From an uncultured Planctomycetota bacterium (lineage in GTDB: Bacteria > Planctomycetota > Planctomycetia > Gemmatales > Gemmataceae): 64,000 nucleotides of DNA. Shown here piece by piece: positions 44,546 to 57,831 of the stretch. Positions within the stretch are counted from its first letter, which is position 1. Each line of letters begins with the position of its first letter. Under the pieces are notes generated by a model. The model was given only the letters and a program-made list of their open reading frames with translations, was not told the DNA's origin and ran no database searches. The translations under genes and the position numbers were made by a program. Location of the stretch: NCBI GenBank assembly GCA_963849325.1, contig CAWKHF010000012.1:544001-608000 (forward strand), in the 5' to 3' direction.

Positions 44546-46737
44546 GACACTTCCTCGATACGGTTGCGGAGCCGGGGCTGTGGTTCCTGGCGGACTGGTC
44601 GCTGCGCTGGGCGGCGCTAATCGGCGTGACGGTCCTGGCGATGCGGCTCTGGAGGCCGCGCCGCGCGGCCCTGCGTCAATTGATGTGCGGGGTGGCATTG
44701 CTCGGTGGTCTCTTTTCGCCGGTCCTACCGCGCTGGGGCAGTGGATGGCGCCTCGCGCCGAAGGAAACGGCGGCGGCCCCGCAAGCGGAACAGAACACCT
44801 CGTTCCCAAGCTCTGCTTGGGAACGCACGTCGGGAAGCTCTGCTTCCCGTCCGATCAGGGACAAGGCGCGAAGCGGAGCTTCGCGGCCGGCGTTCCCAAG
44901 CGGAGCTTGGGAACGAGAGGGAGGAGGGAGAGTTGCGGCGTCTCCGCCGAGCGAAGCGCTGGGCAATCGACGCCTTGCCGTTCTCGGCCTCGCTCTGTGC
45001 TGGGGGCTTGGCGTATTGATCTTGCTCATTCGCTGGCTGGGTGGCGAGTGGTTCTTGTGGCGACTGCGGCGCGAGGCCGTGGACGTGCAAGGGTCGGCGA
45101 TGGAGATGTTCGCGGCTTGCCGTGGCGAGCTGGACGTGCGCGGCCGGGTGCGATTGGCGGCGCATCCGCGCGTTCGCTCGCCGGTCCTGCTCGGCCTATT
45201 TCGGCTTCTGATTCTCGTGCCGCCGGACTGGCCGCAATTGCCCGTGGACGTGCAGCGTGCCGCGCTGTTGCACGAACTGGCTCACGTGCGCCGGCGCGAT
45301 CACTGGCTGGTACCGCTATTGGAGATGATTCGAGTAGCTTTTTTCTTTCACCCGTTGGTCCGCTGGCTCCTCGCCCGGCTGGAGTACGAACGGGAACTGC
45401 TTTGCGACGAGATGGTCGTCCGTCGCGGCGTCGATCGACACGATTACGCGCGCCTGTTGTTGAACTTCGCCCGAGCGTCGGGCCGTCTGACGCTGCTCCG
45501 CTGGTCTGGCGGGAGCTATCTGCCGATGGGCCGGCGCCGGACGGTCAAGGCGCGGATTCACCATTTACTGGAGGAAAACATGGAACGTTGGATGGGACCG
45601 CTATCCGCCCGCTGGACTGTCGTGTTGGGAGCGAGCCTGTTGGCGCTGATGCTGGGCCTGGCGAGTTATCGCGTCCGGGCCGTGGAAGTCGAGAAAGCGA
45701 GTGCCCCCGCCGAGAAGGAGAAGCCGGCGCTCGCTCCGAAAGCGGAGGACAACGGCGCCGGAGCGGCGAAATCCTCGGCGACGCGGCTGAAGCGCGAAGA
45801 GCTGCGCTACGGCGGCAAGGACTTCAACGAGTGGCGCACGGGCTTACTGACGGAACTCAAGGGATCGATCCGCGTCGATGGCATGAAAGCGTTCGCCGCC
45901 TTCGGGGCCAACGGCTACGGTTCGGAGGCCACGCAAGCCATCCTCGAAATGATGCGCGGTTATGACACGACGAACGAGGAGCAGAAAGACGATGACGGCG
46001 CCGTGGTGGTAGCGGGCTACCGGGCCATCCAAAAAATTGGAGCGGCGGCCGTGCCGGCGCTCACCAAGGCCGTGAAAGAGGAGAATCGCAATGTTCGGCG
46101 CTTCGCGATTCAATCGTTGGGAAACTTGGAAACGGATGCTCGCTCCGCCCTGCCCGCACTTCTGCAAGCGGTAAAGAGCAATGATGCGGTAACGCACCGC
46201 TTCGCGATGGAGGCGGCGTATCGAGTTGACCCGCACTCCAAGGAAGTTCTCGCGGTCCTGATCGAGACGGTCAAGAATGAAGAAGGAGGCTACCGATACC
46301 GAGCCATCCTGTTAATCAGGGGGATCGGCAAAAAGGCTCATTCAGCTATCCCCGCTCTCCTCAAAGCGCTCGGCGATAAGGATTGGGATACTCGGCAGCT
46401 CGCGGTACGGACTTTGACGGACGTCGGTGCCGGAAAAGAAGCCGTCCCGACCGTCAGTCGTCTGCTTCGAGATGAGGACCAGAATGTTAGGTCGTCGGCC
46501 TACCAATTCTTGCAAGCGCTGGGACCGGATGCCGAGGAAGCTGTTCCCGCGCTTGTCGCCGTGGTGAAGGAGACCGATGGCGGCTTCCGGAGTAGGGCCT
46601 TCGTCACCTTGAGGAAGATTGGACCCGCCGCTAAGGCCGCGGTGCCCGTGCTGGACGAGTTGCTGAAAAGCGAAAACAATGAGGTGCGAAGCGAAGCCAG
46701 GGAGACACTCAAAGTGATTCGTCCCGGACGAGAGTGA
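44542..46737 (+). CDS. BlaR1-like M56 metallopeptidase/sensor with C-terminal HEAT repeats
   Basis: 'SPVLLGLFR', 'HELAHVRRRD', 'FFHPLV', 'RELLCD'; HEAT repeats 'AVPAL...VRRFA'; ATGA overlap with blaI. Confidence 0.9.
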   Translation: MRHFLDTVAEPGLWFLADWSLRWAALIGVTVLAMRLWRPRRAALRQLMCGVALLGGLFSPVLPRWGSGWRLAPKETAAAPQAEQNTSFPSSAWERTSGSSASRPIRDKARSGASRPAFPSGAWEREGGGRVAASPPSEALGNRRLAVLGLALCWGLGVLILLIRWLGGEWFLWRLRREAVDVQGSAMEMFAACRGELDVRGRVRLAAHPRVRSPVLLGLFRLLILVPPDWPQLPVDVQRAALLHELAHVRRRDHWLVPLLEMIRVAFFFHPLVRWLLARLEYERELLCDEMVVRRGVDRHDYARLLLNFARASGRLTLLRWSGGSYLPMGRRRTVKARIHHLLEENMERWMGPLSARWTVVLGASLLALMLGLASYRVRAVEVEKASAPAEKEKPALAPKAEDNGAGAAKSSATRLKREELRYGGKDFNEWRTGLLTELKGSIRVDGMKAFAAFGANGYGSEATQAILEMMRGYDTTNEEQKDDDGAVVVAGYRAIQKIGAAAVPALTKAVKEENRNVRRFAIQSLGNLETDARSALPALLQAVKSNDAVTHRFAMEAAYRVDPHSKEVLAVLIETVKNEEGGYRYRAILLIRGIGKKAHSAIPALLKALGDKDWDTRQLAVRTLTDVGAGKEAVPTVSRLLRDEDQNVRSSAYQFLQALGPDAEEAVPALVAVVKETDGGFRSRAFVTLRKIGPAAKAAVPVLDELLKSENNEVRSEARETLKVIRPGRE
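44799..44917. repeat. Composite (BIME-like) palindromic element CGTTCCCAAGC...GCTTGGGAACG in frame in the M56 gene
   Basis: CTCGTTCCCAAGCTCTGCTTGGGAACG, GAAGCTCTGCTTC, GAAGCGGAGCTTC, CGTTCCCAAGCGGAGCTTGGGAACGAG; encodes SFPSSAWER...AFPSGAWER. Confidence 0.85.
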
Positions 46738-46749
46738 ATGACCCCTGTC

Positions 46750-46785
46750 CCCAGCTTGCCGGGGCATCGTCCCCGGCAAGCTGGG
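46750..46785. terminator. Hairpin between convergent genes (terminator or REP-like)
   Basis: CCCAGCTTGCCGGGG-CATCGT-CCCCGGCAAGCTGGG, perfect 15-bp stem, no U-tract. Confidence 0.55.
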
Positions 46786-46807
46786 CGATAGGGGAGGATG
46801 TCCACGC

Positions 46808-47071
46808 TCATCGATTCACGCCGTCTGTGGCTGGGGAAACAGGGATTGGCTCCAGGCGGACGATATGGATCAAGGACACGACCTCGTAGCGATCAAAATA
46901 GGGATCGGTTTCCGGAACGCGCAGTCCGATGAGGACGACTCGCTTGCCGATCCAAAGGAGAGGTCGGTCCTTCTCGGTAACATCGTAAGTCTTGCCGTTG
47001 GTTGTGACGATGCGGAACGGCTGGAAGGGTTCTTTCTTCAACTCAGATTCCAGATCCTGGGGAGCCATCAT
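46808..47071 (-). CDS. Small hypothetical protein
   Basis: 'L.KEPFQPFRIVTTNGKTYDV...SLIHIVRLEPI'; GGAG RBS upstream. Confidence 0.7.
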   Translation of the reverse strand: MMAPQDLESELKKEPFQPFRIVTTNGKTYDVTEKDRPLLWIGKRVVLIGLRVPETDPYFDRYEVVSLIHIVRLEPIPVSPATDGVNR

Positions 47072-47096
47072 AATTGCCGCTCCTTTGCTGCATAGC

Positions 47097-48294
<1,198 letters not shown>

Positions 48295-48315
48295 GACGTC
48301 CCTCCAAATGACGAT

Positions 48316-48410
48316 TTCACCACAGAGACACGAACACAGACGAAGCACAGAGAAAGACAATCGAATTTGCTCTTGTCTCTTTCGTGTCTTCTGTGTCTTC
48401 TGTGGCTGAA
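48316..48410. repeat. Family C-like (CACAGAG/CTCTGTG) degenerate inverted repeat between gap and pgk
   Basis: TTCACCACAGAGACACGAACACAGA...TCGTGTCTTCTGTGTCTTCTGTGGCTGAA. Confidence 0.6.
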
Positions 48411-48418
48411 TTCTGCTT

Positions 48419-49510
<1,092 letters not shown>

Positions 49511-49626
49511 TCAGCCGCGACCACGCCGCGTCGATAGCCGTCGTTCCTCGCGGTTCCTACGGTTATAACGTATGGCTGAATCGGCCGACCGTCGAGGGTC
49601 GGCCAGCCTGGCAGCGGAGGGCGATC

Positions 49627-50618
49627 ATGGCGGAGACGATTCGCGTGGCGGTGACGGGGGCGGCGGGACAGGTGGCCTATGCGATGCTGGCCCGGCTCGC
49701 CTCCGGCGAGGTGTTCGGCCCGGACACGCAAGGTCATCCTGCAACTGCTGGAGATCCCGCAGGCCCTGCCGGCGCTGGAAGGCGTGGCGATGGAGCTGGA
49801 CGATTGCTCCTTCCCGACCCTGCAAGAGGTGATCTGCACCGACGACCCGAACAAGGCGTTCAAGGACTGCAACTGGGCGCTGCTGGTCGGCTCGTTCCCG
49901 CGCAAGCAGGGCATGGAGCGCAAGGAACTGCTCGGCATCAACGGCAAGATCTTCGTCGGCCAGGGCAAGGCGCTGGCGGCCAACGCGGCCAAGGACGTGC
50001 GCATCCTCGTCGTCGGCAACCCGTGCAACACGAACTGCCTGGTCGGCTACAACAACGGCAAGGACATCCCCGCCGAGCAGCTGGACGGCCATGACGCGGC
50101 TCGACCACAACCGCGCCCGCACCGCCCTGGCCAAGAAGGCCGGCGTCGCCAACGAGGACGTGACGCAGATGACCATCTGGGGCAACCACAGCAACACGCA
50201 GTACCCCGACTTCACCAACGCCAAGATCAAGGGCCGGCCGGCCACCGGAAGTCATCACCGATCGCGGCTGGCTGGAGAACACGTTCGTGCCGATGATCCA
50301 GAAGCGCGGGGCGGCGGTCATCAAGGCGCGCGGCTCCAGCTCGGCGATGTCGGCGGCCAACGGCGCGCATCGACCACGTCAAGAGCCTGCTGACGCCGAC
50401 GCCGGCCGGCGACTGGGTCAGCGCGGCCGTCGTCTCGAAGGGCGAATACGGCGTGCCGGCGGGGCTGGTCTTCGGCTACCCCTGCCGCAGCGACGGCAAG
50501 GGCAACCTCACGCGTCGTCGAGGGCGTGAAGCTCGACGCCTTCGGCAAGCAGAAGTTCCAGGCGACGCTGCAAGAATTGCTGGAGGAAAAGGCGGCCGTG
50601 CAGGAATTGGTGAAGTGA
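49627..50618 (+). CDS. mdh: Malate dehydrogenase; frameshifted
   Basis: '[10 protein letters not shown]', '[12 protein letters not shown]', 'VGNPCNTN', 'MTRLDHNRA', 'WGNHS', 'ARGSSSA'. Confidence 0.95.
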
Positions 50619-50622
50619 TGTA

Positions 50623-50695
50623 TTTCGTTTCGCCGCGACGCGCAGCGGAGCGCGGGACAGATCCGCGCTCCGCTGCGCGTCGCGGCGAAACGAAA
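50623..50695. repeat. REP-like palindrome, family A, between convergent genes
   Basis: TTTCGTTTCGCCGCGACGCGCAGCGGAGCGCGG...CCGCGCTCCGCTGCGCGTCGCGGCGAAACGAAA. Confidence 0.9.
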
Positions 50696-50699
50696 AACA

Positions 50700-51545
50700 T
50701 CAATGATCGCCGACGTATTGCTCGGTGTAACTGCTCTGGAAGTGCGTACTGCCTCGCCTCCATCCTTCGCTTCTTTGTCGATGCTGCAATATAGCCTTGT
50801 TGCAGCCGGCCTGCCTGCACGTCGAAGACGATCTCGCCTTCCGGCTGCATCTGCCACAGCGGCACCTGATCTTCCTGCGCGGCCGGCGTGCTCTTCACTT
50901 CCGTCGCCAGCGTCACCGTCGCCAGATTGTCGGCGACGCTCTTGCAGACGAAGCGCTGCACGGCCGGGTATTTCTCGCCGGTGCCCTGCGGCGGCTCCAG
51001 CGTGATCTGATAGGACCGCTCCCAGCCTTGACCCGTCTTCAACGCCTCGGCCGGCAGCAGCAGCTTGAACGGCGGATCGCTCTCGTACTTGGCCGCCGAG
51101 GCGTACCCGAACTTCGTCTCCTTGACCTCGACCACCTTGCCTTGCGCGTCGATGCGAAGGACGAACAAGCGGCTGGCCGACGAACGGGGCGAACTGCTTG
51201 CGCATCGGCTCGCGTGCTCTTCTCGGGATGCGCCGAATCGAACGCCAGTATTCTCGCCATCGGGCGTCACGCGTCTCGTACTTCAGAGCAGGTCAGCGAC
51301 AACTGCAGCGTCGCCACGCCGGCCGCGTCCACGTCGAGCACTTGCCAGCGCTTGAGGACCGACGAGGTTCGTGAGCGTTTCGCTTTTGCGTGTCGCCCAT
51401 CGTGTAGGCGGCGAGCGTGCAGTGGTCGGCGCGGTAGACGAGCACTTGGCCCGTTTGCCAGTGGAAGCGCGGATGGCGCCTGCGCCGAGGCGAGCGACGC
51501 CATCACGAGCACGGCGGCCAAGGCCGCGATTGGTCTGCGGATCAT
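50700..51545 (-). CDS. Hypothetical secreted protein; several frameshifts
   Basis: Signal peptide MIRRPIAALAAVLVMASLASAQ. Coherent segments 'KRWQVLDVDAAGVATLQLS', 'VLRIDAQGKVVEVKE', 'WERSYQITLEPPQGTGEKY' and a C-terminus ending ...SSYTEQYVGDH*. Confidence 0.6.
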
Positions 51546-51625
51546 CAGGCCCCTCCCTGTTCCTATGCCCACGTCCGGACTCCGAAGCGCGCGGCCTATA
51601 ACCAAACGGCGGGGAGGAGGCCAGA

Positions 51626-52545
51626 TCAATTCGCCGGCCGCTCGCATTCGGCGAGGAAGTCGCGCAGGGCCGGATAAAACTCGCGGGTCGGTAAATCGTT
51701 GTGCCGGTAGTTGGGCATGGGGAAGAAGCGTTTCGGCTCGGCGGCGGCGGCGAAGAGACGCTCGGCCTGCGCGAAGGGGATGAGGCCATCCTGCGGGGAG
51801 TGGGCGATGAACACGGGACCGCGGCAATCGGCGATCTTGCTCAGGTTGTCGAAGCGATTGTGAACGAGCCAGCGGCCGGGCAGCCAGGGGAAGCGCAGTC
51901 TGGGCCATGTCGGGGAACGAGGTGAAGCTGGCGACGAGGACCAGGGCGCGATGCGGCCGGCGGCTGGGCCAAGTCGACGGCGATGCCGCCGCCCAGCGAG
52001 CCGCCGTAGAGGAGGATGCGCTCGGCCGGCACATTTTGCACATCGCACAGCCAATCGTAGGCGGCATCGCCGGCGGCGTAGCAGCCGGCCTCGCTCGGCA
52101 CGCCGCTGCTGCGGCCGTAGCCGGGATAGTCGAACAACAGGACGGCCAGGCCCATCTCCTCGAGCCAGTGCGGCAGGGCGCGGCCGCGATGTCCCAGGTT
52201 GCCGCCGTTGCCGTGACAGAACAGGACCGCACCCTGTTCGGGCCGCCAGTCTTTCGGCGCAGTCCACCAGGCATGGATGCGGTCGCCCCGCCGGCTCGTC
52301 ATCTCGACGTTTTCGACCTCGACGCCGGCCGGAGCGTGGTCCACTTCCGCATGGCGAGGACCGTAGAGGAACTGGTCCTCCAGCAGCAGCAGGGCGACGA
52401 GGATGGCGACGTAAACCACGGCGAGATAGATCGTCAGACGGGCCGAGCGATGCTTCCAGGAGCGCTCCCAGAACGGGGGCCGTCGCAAGGTCAGCACGCC
52501 GAAGACGTGGCGGCAACGTTGACCGAAGGATGAGGCGTTCATCAC
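51626..52545 (-). CDS. Alpha/beta hydrolase (ABHD/Bem46-like); frameshift(s) near 51900-51965
   Basis: 'CHGNGGN', 'DYPGYGRS', nucleophile 'GGSLGG', 'IAHSPQD', 'HND'. Confidence 0.88.
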
Positions 52546-52604
52546 GAAGCAATTTCCCGCTTTTCCCCGATGAGCGACCTCGTGATCGGGGCCGCGCAGA
52601 GTCG

Positions 52605-52829
52605 TTACGCACTCGTGACTACCACATATCCCTCAGCCCACTGATCCTGATCGACACGGTATTCATCGACGTGAAACCCGTCCGGGGCGTCGGAGAAACC
52701 GGGTAGACAGCTCAGGCGGGCCACGGCCGCGTCAGCCTTCTCCCGTGAGGAGTATACGCCAATGAACTTGACGTCCTCGGCGCCGTCTTCCCGCGAATGG
52801 ACGTGCTGCAGCACGAAAACGCTCGCCAT
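52605..52829 (-). CDS. Small acidic protein, putative immunity protein
   Basis: MASVFVLQHVH...DVKFIGVYSSREKADAAVARL...PGF...DGFHVDEY.VD...W.EG; GGGAGG RBS. Confidence 0.65.
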   Translation of the reverse strand: MASVFVLQHVHSREDGAEDVKFIGVYSSREKADAAVARLSCLPGFSDAPDGFHVDEYRVDQDQWAEGYVVVTSA

Positions 52830-52846
52830 TGTCGGCCTCCCGCTTG

Positions 52847-53059
52847 TCACTCGAACGCGCGGTCGCCCCACTTCTTAATCTTGTTGAACTCGCTGCCTGG
52901 CCCAGTCGGGTAGTTCCCGACACCGTACTTCTCGTCGAGCAACCGTTTGGCGAAGTCACGCCTGCTCTCGGTCGTCAAGGGCCGTTCTCCCTGCGCCCAA
53001 CTCGGCACGTCATCCGCCGCTTCTTGGCCGCTCAGTCCCGACTTCTTCTTCTTGTGCAT
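52847..53059 (-). CDS. Small basic protein resembling a polymorphic/Rhs toxin C-terminal tip
   Basis: 'SGQEAADDVPSWAQGERP...FAKRLLDEKYG.GNY.TGPGSEFNKIKKWGDRAFE'. Confidence 0.55.
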   Translation of the reverse strand: MHKKKKSGLSGQEAADDVPSWAQGERPLTTESRRDFAKRLLDEKYGVGNYPTGPGSEFNKIKKWGDRAFE

Positions 53060-53124
53060 CGTGTACGCCCGGTCACAGCATCCGTGAGCCAGTGACAGCG
53101 GTATTTATCCTACCAGACTGCACC

Positions 53125-54937
53125 TCAGGTCGCCCTCCTTACAGTCCGGCGCAGCATGGCGAACACGAACCCCACTGCGATCAATCCCCAGCACAACCAC
53201 GGAAGCCAATCGCCCCAGCGGGCGTAGAGACTGACGCGGTCGTCGAGCGGGATGACGGCCAGCAGAACCCCCGGCACTTTCTTGAAATCGCGCCACGCGG
53301 ACACGGGCAACTCCGTCGTCCCGCCGCGCTGCATCGGCACCGTCCAAACACGATCGTTGGGGTCCGCCTTGGCCTCGGGGTGTGGCAGGGGCTGCGGCCG
53401 GAGGACGCGGCCGTTGCTGTCGATGACGGCGGAGATGCCCATGTTGACGCTGCGGGCCACACTGCGGCGGCACTCGATGGCGCGGAAGCGGCAGATGGCC
53501 AGGTGCTCGTCGTGCTCGCTGGTGCCGTCGAACCAGCCGTCGTTGGAGATGTTGAGCAGGAAATCCGCGGCCGGCTGGCCGTCGCCGCCGCCATAGGGGC
53601 GGGCGATGTCCGGATCGGTGTCCTCGTAGCAGATGAGGACGCCGAAGGTGAAACGTCGTCCCAAGGCGGCATCGGACAGGGCGAAACGCGTGGATTCCTG
53701 CCCCGGCCAGACGCTGTAATCGAAATCGTAGGGGGCGAAGGTATTCATCCACGGCAGCCAATCGCGCAGCGGCACGTACTCGCCGAAGGGCACGCGATGG
53801 ATCTTGTCGTAGCGGCCGCCCGCCCGGCCGTCGCGCCCGATCAGGATCGGCCGAGTTGTAACGGTGCGGCCGGCCATCCTCGTCAAGGTTGACGGCGTTG
53901 ATGCCGACCAGGACGTTCGTCCGCCAGCGCGAGGCCATGCTGCGAGCGGTCTCGCGGCTGTGTTCGCTGGCCGTGCCGTCGGCCTCTTGCACCCAGTCCT
54001 GAGGATAACTCGTCTCCGGCCAGACGATCAGGTCGGGGCGATAGCGAGCGGCGAGGTCGGACAACTCGATGAAGTGGTTGGCGACACGGCGGGCGGCGTC
54101 CTCGGCGACGGCGCTGGCGTTGCGGATGCGCTGGTCGAGATTGCCCTGGACCAGGGCCAGGCGCGGCCCCGGCGTCAGTCGGTCCTGCCCCAGGCGCCAG
54201 AAGCCGTAAGCCGTCGTGCCGACGAGCGCGGCGAGGACGGCGACTCCCTGCGCGAGCAGGCCGATCCGGCCCCAGCGCGGCGGTACGTCCTGTCCACACA
54301 GCCACGTCCGGAAGCCGACCCGACTCCACAGCACCTCGAACAGCAGGGCGTTGACGGCGGCGACGAGGAAGGTGACGCCATAGGCGCCGGTCAGGTCGGC
54401 GATCTGGATCAGCGGCAGGAAGTCGTGCTGCGTGTGGCCGAGCAGATACCACGAGAAGCCGGTGCCGAAGGACGAACGAAAAAACTCCAGGGCCGTCCAC
54501 ACGACCGGCACGGTGAGGACCAGCGGCGCGGGCGTGTGGCGGTCGAGGAAGCGAATCAGATACACGGCCAGGGGGAAATAGAGCGAGCAGTACCCTGCCA
54601 GGAAGAGCCAGGTGAAGTACATACGTGGGTCGGCCACGCGCATCCACTGCATCGCCGGCACATAGAAGAGCAGTCCGCCAGCCCAGGCGCTGAGATAAAT
54701 CACCCGGCGGCGGGCCGGGCTGCGCACCAGGGCGAGCAGCGGTACCAGGGCCAGCCAGGCGAGCCAGCCGCAAGCGGCCGGGAAATAGCACAGCCACAGC
54801 AGGCCGCCCGCCGTCATCGCCGGAAGCAGGGTGCGCGGGCCGATCCGCGATCGCGGCGGGGAGGACGACTCGAATGGCGGCTGAGGCCGGGCGCGCGTGA
54901 TTTCCTGTCGGGCCGCGAGGATTTCCGGGGTCGGCAT
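53125..54937 (-). CDS. lnt: Apolipoprotein N-acyltransferase; frameshift near 53860
   Basis: Multi-TM N-terminus, 'VQGN', 'WPETS', 'YDKIHRVPFGEY', 'ICYED', 'ISNDGWF', 'RAIE.RR', 'N.GIS'. Confidence 0.93.
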
Positions 54938-54956
54938 GCGATTCTCTCTCCCTGCT

Positions 54957-55016
54957 GCCGAGCCGGGAGCGTCAGCGACCGGAGGCATCTCCGGTCGCTG
55001 ACGCTCCCGGCTCGGC
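54957..55016. repeat. Perfect 28-bp-arm palindrome (family E) between moeA and lnt
   Basis: GCCGAGCCGGGAGCGTCAGCGACCGGAG-GCAT-CTCCGGTCGCTGACGCTCCCGGCTCGGC, overlapping a GTAG on the minus strand. Confidence 0.9.
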
Positions 55017-56268
55017 TACTCCAAACTCAGCACGTCGAACGACTGTCCCGCCCGGTGCCGGTGATCGCCGGGCGGCAACAGCATCAGGGCGTTGGCCTGC
55101 GTCAAGGCACGGAGGTCGGCCGAGCCGAACCACGGCACCGGACGCACACTCCACCCATCCGCGCACGCCGTCAGACGAGCCGGATGATACGTCGGTCGAT
55201 CCGTGCGGTAGGGGAAGTCTTCGCCCAGGACGGCGGCGACGAAGTGCGGGCCGGGATCGGCATGGCCACACAGCCGGCGCAGGGCCGGACGGACGAACAG
55301 CTCGAAACAGGCGAGCACACTGACGGGATTGCCGGGCAGACCGAACACCAGCGTCGGCGCACCGCCGCCCAGGCGCGGAGCGGTGCCGAAGAACACCGGC
55401 TTGCCCGGCTTCATCTCGACCTTGTGGAAGTGGGCGGCGACGCCGGCCTCGCGCAGGACACCGGGCACTAGGTCGAGCTTGCCGGCCGAGACGCCGCCGG
55501 ACAGCAACAGCACGTTCGCCTTGAGTCCGTCGCAGACGAGCGGCTTCAGGAGGGCGACGTCGTCGCCGCCGATGCCGAGGTAGCGCGGCACGCCGCCGGC
55601 CCGGCAGACCTGGGCGACGAGCATGGGACCGTTGCTGTTGCGGATCTGTCCCGCCTCCGGCGCCTGGGCCGGCTCGACCAACTCATCGCCGGTGGCCAGA
55701 ACGGCGACGCGCGGCGGCGGATGCACGGACACGGTCGTCCGGCCGACGGTAGCGAGCACACCGAACTCCTGCGGCCGCAGCACGGCGCCGGCCGGCAACA
55801 CGATGTCGCCGCGGCGCATCTCGGCGCCGCGCGGCAGAATGTTCTGGCCGGGATACGGCGGGCGGTCGTCGATCTCGACGTGGCCGTCGCCGAGCAGCGC
55901 GTGTCCGCTCGACCATGACCACGGCGTCGGCGCCCGGCGGCACCGGCGCTCCGGTCATGATGCGGCTGGCCTGTCCCGCTCCGAGGGTGTGGCACGGCAC
56001 ACGGCCGGCGGTGATCTCCTCGACGACGTCGAGCGTTCTCCGCCCCTGCGCAGATCGGCGCAGCGCACGGCGTAGCCGTCCATCATGGCCTTGTCGTAAG
56101 GCGGCATGTCCAGATCGCTGCGCACGTCGGCGGCCAGCACCAGTCCCAGCGCGGCCGACGACAGAGTCATCGGCTCGGGCGGCACCGGCCGAACGTGCTG
56201 CCGAACGATTGCCTGGGCGTCGGCGACGCTGAGAGTTTGGCGCTCTGCGCGGGAACGGCATCGGACAC
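55016..56268 (-). CDS. moeA: Molybdopterin molybdotransferase; frameshifted, start approximate
   Basis: 'LSVADAQ', 'PPYDKAMMDGYA', 'IMTGAPVP', 'TGDEL', 'SGGVSAG..D', 'KPGKP', 'LPGNP'. Confidence 0.92.
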
Positions 56269-56464
56269 GGCCACCTCGACACGAATGCCTTCACGGACCC
56301 TCCGCGTTGAGATTGTACCATCCGCGGCCGGAATCGAACTAGGCAGACTGGTCGAGATCCGTCTTGCGGTTGGCGGTCGGCCATCCAGGGGATAGACTAG
56401 AAGTGCCTACCTCCCGCGCTTCCAAAGCGCGGCGTCCATCCCCGCACGACCCGGAGCCGCTGCC

Positions 56465-57794
56465 ATGCTCACCCTGTTCGGACCTCGCCATCGGTACTGC
56501 GACGGCCTGACACGACGTTCCTTCCTGCAAGTCGGCGGCCTCGCCCTCGGTGGTCTGACGCTGCCGAACCTGCTCCGCGCTGAAGGACGGGCCGGCGCCG
56601 GCAAGTCCGAGCGCTCCGTCATCATGGTGTACCTGTCCGGCGGACTGGCTCATCAAGACACCTTTGACCTCAAGCCGGCACGCGCCGAAGGAAGTGCGCG
56701 GCGAGTTCAAGCCCATCCCCACGCGCGTACCCGGCATCCAGGTCGGCGAACTGCTGCCGCGTCTGGCGGCGAGCATGGACAAGTTCATCCTGCTGCGCTC
56801 GCTGGTCGGTCTGCGCGACGAGCACAGCAGCTTCCAGAGCACGACCGGCTTCACGATGAACGAGACCAAGCGCGAGAGCAAGCCGCACTTCGGCTCGGTC
56901 ATCGCCAAGGTGCAGGGGCCGCGCGACCCGCTGGTGCCGCCTTTTCTCGATCTGTTTCCGACCATGCAGCACAAGCCGTACAACAGTCCCGGCGCTGGTT
57001 TCCTCGGTCGTGCCGCCAGCCCCGTCAAGCTCGACGGGCAGGATCTGGCGGCCATGAAGTTGCAAGCCCTCACGCTCGATCAACTCGGGGACCGCCGCCG
57101 CCTGCTCGACCAGGTCGATCGCTGGAAGCGCAGCGGCGACGGACTCGACCGCACCGGCATGGACACCTATTACGAGCGAGCCTTCGACGTGCTGACCTCG
57201 CGCAAGTTGGTCGATGCCCTGGACGTGACCCGCGAACCCGCGGCGGTGCGCGAGCGCTACGGCCGCGGTTCGCCGCGTCACCTCGGCGACGGTGCGCCGA
57301 TGTGGAACGATCAACTCCTGATGGCCCGTCGCCTGGTCGAAGCCGGGGCGCACTGCGTGACCGTGGCGTATGGCTTCTGGGACACACACGGCCAAAACTT
57401 CCGGCACCTTAAGCGGCACTTGCCGCTGTTCGACCAGGGCATCTCGGCGCTGGTCGAGGACATCTACGCGCGCGGATTGGATCGCAGCGTGACGCTGGTG
57501 GTCTGGGGCGAGTTCGGGCGAACGCCGAAGATCAACAAGGACGCCGGCCGCGATCACTGGTCGCGCGTCAACGGCGCGCTGTTGTCCGGCGGCGGCATGC
57601 GCACCGGCCAGGTCATCGGCTCGACCGACGCCACGGCGGCGGAGGCGAAAGACCAGCCCATCCCCTACCGCGACGTTCTGGCGACGGTCTATCACAACCT
57701 CGGCATCGATCCGGGCGGCATGGTCTACGACGTGTCCGGCCGGCCGACGCCGATCCTACCCAGCGACAATCGGCCCATCGAGCGCGTCTATTGA
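56465..57794 (+). CDS. DUF1501 family protein (Tat-like signal); frameshift near 56680
   Basis: 'CDGLTRRSFLQVG', 'GGLAHQDTFDLKP', 'WDTHG', 'GEFGRTPKIN', 'GRDHW', 'ATVYHNLGID'. Confidence 0.92.
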
Positions 57795-57806
57795 CGCCTC
57801 ACACGT

Positions 57807-57831
57807 CCGCTCCCTTACGGTCGCGGCTCGG
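57807..57831. repeat. Single REP arm (family F, CCGAGCCGCGACCGTAAGGGAGCGG on the minus strand)
   Basis: Matches the arms at 60488-60545; supplies the last codons and TAA of the isochorismatase-ThuA gene. Confidence 0.65.
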
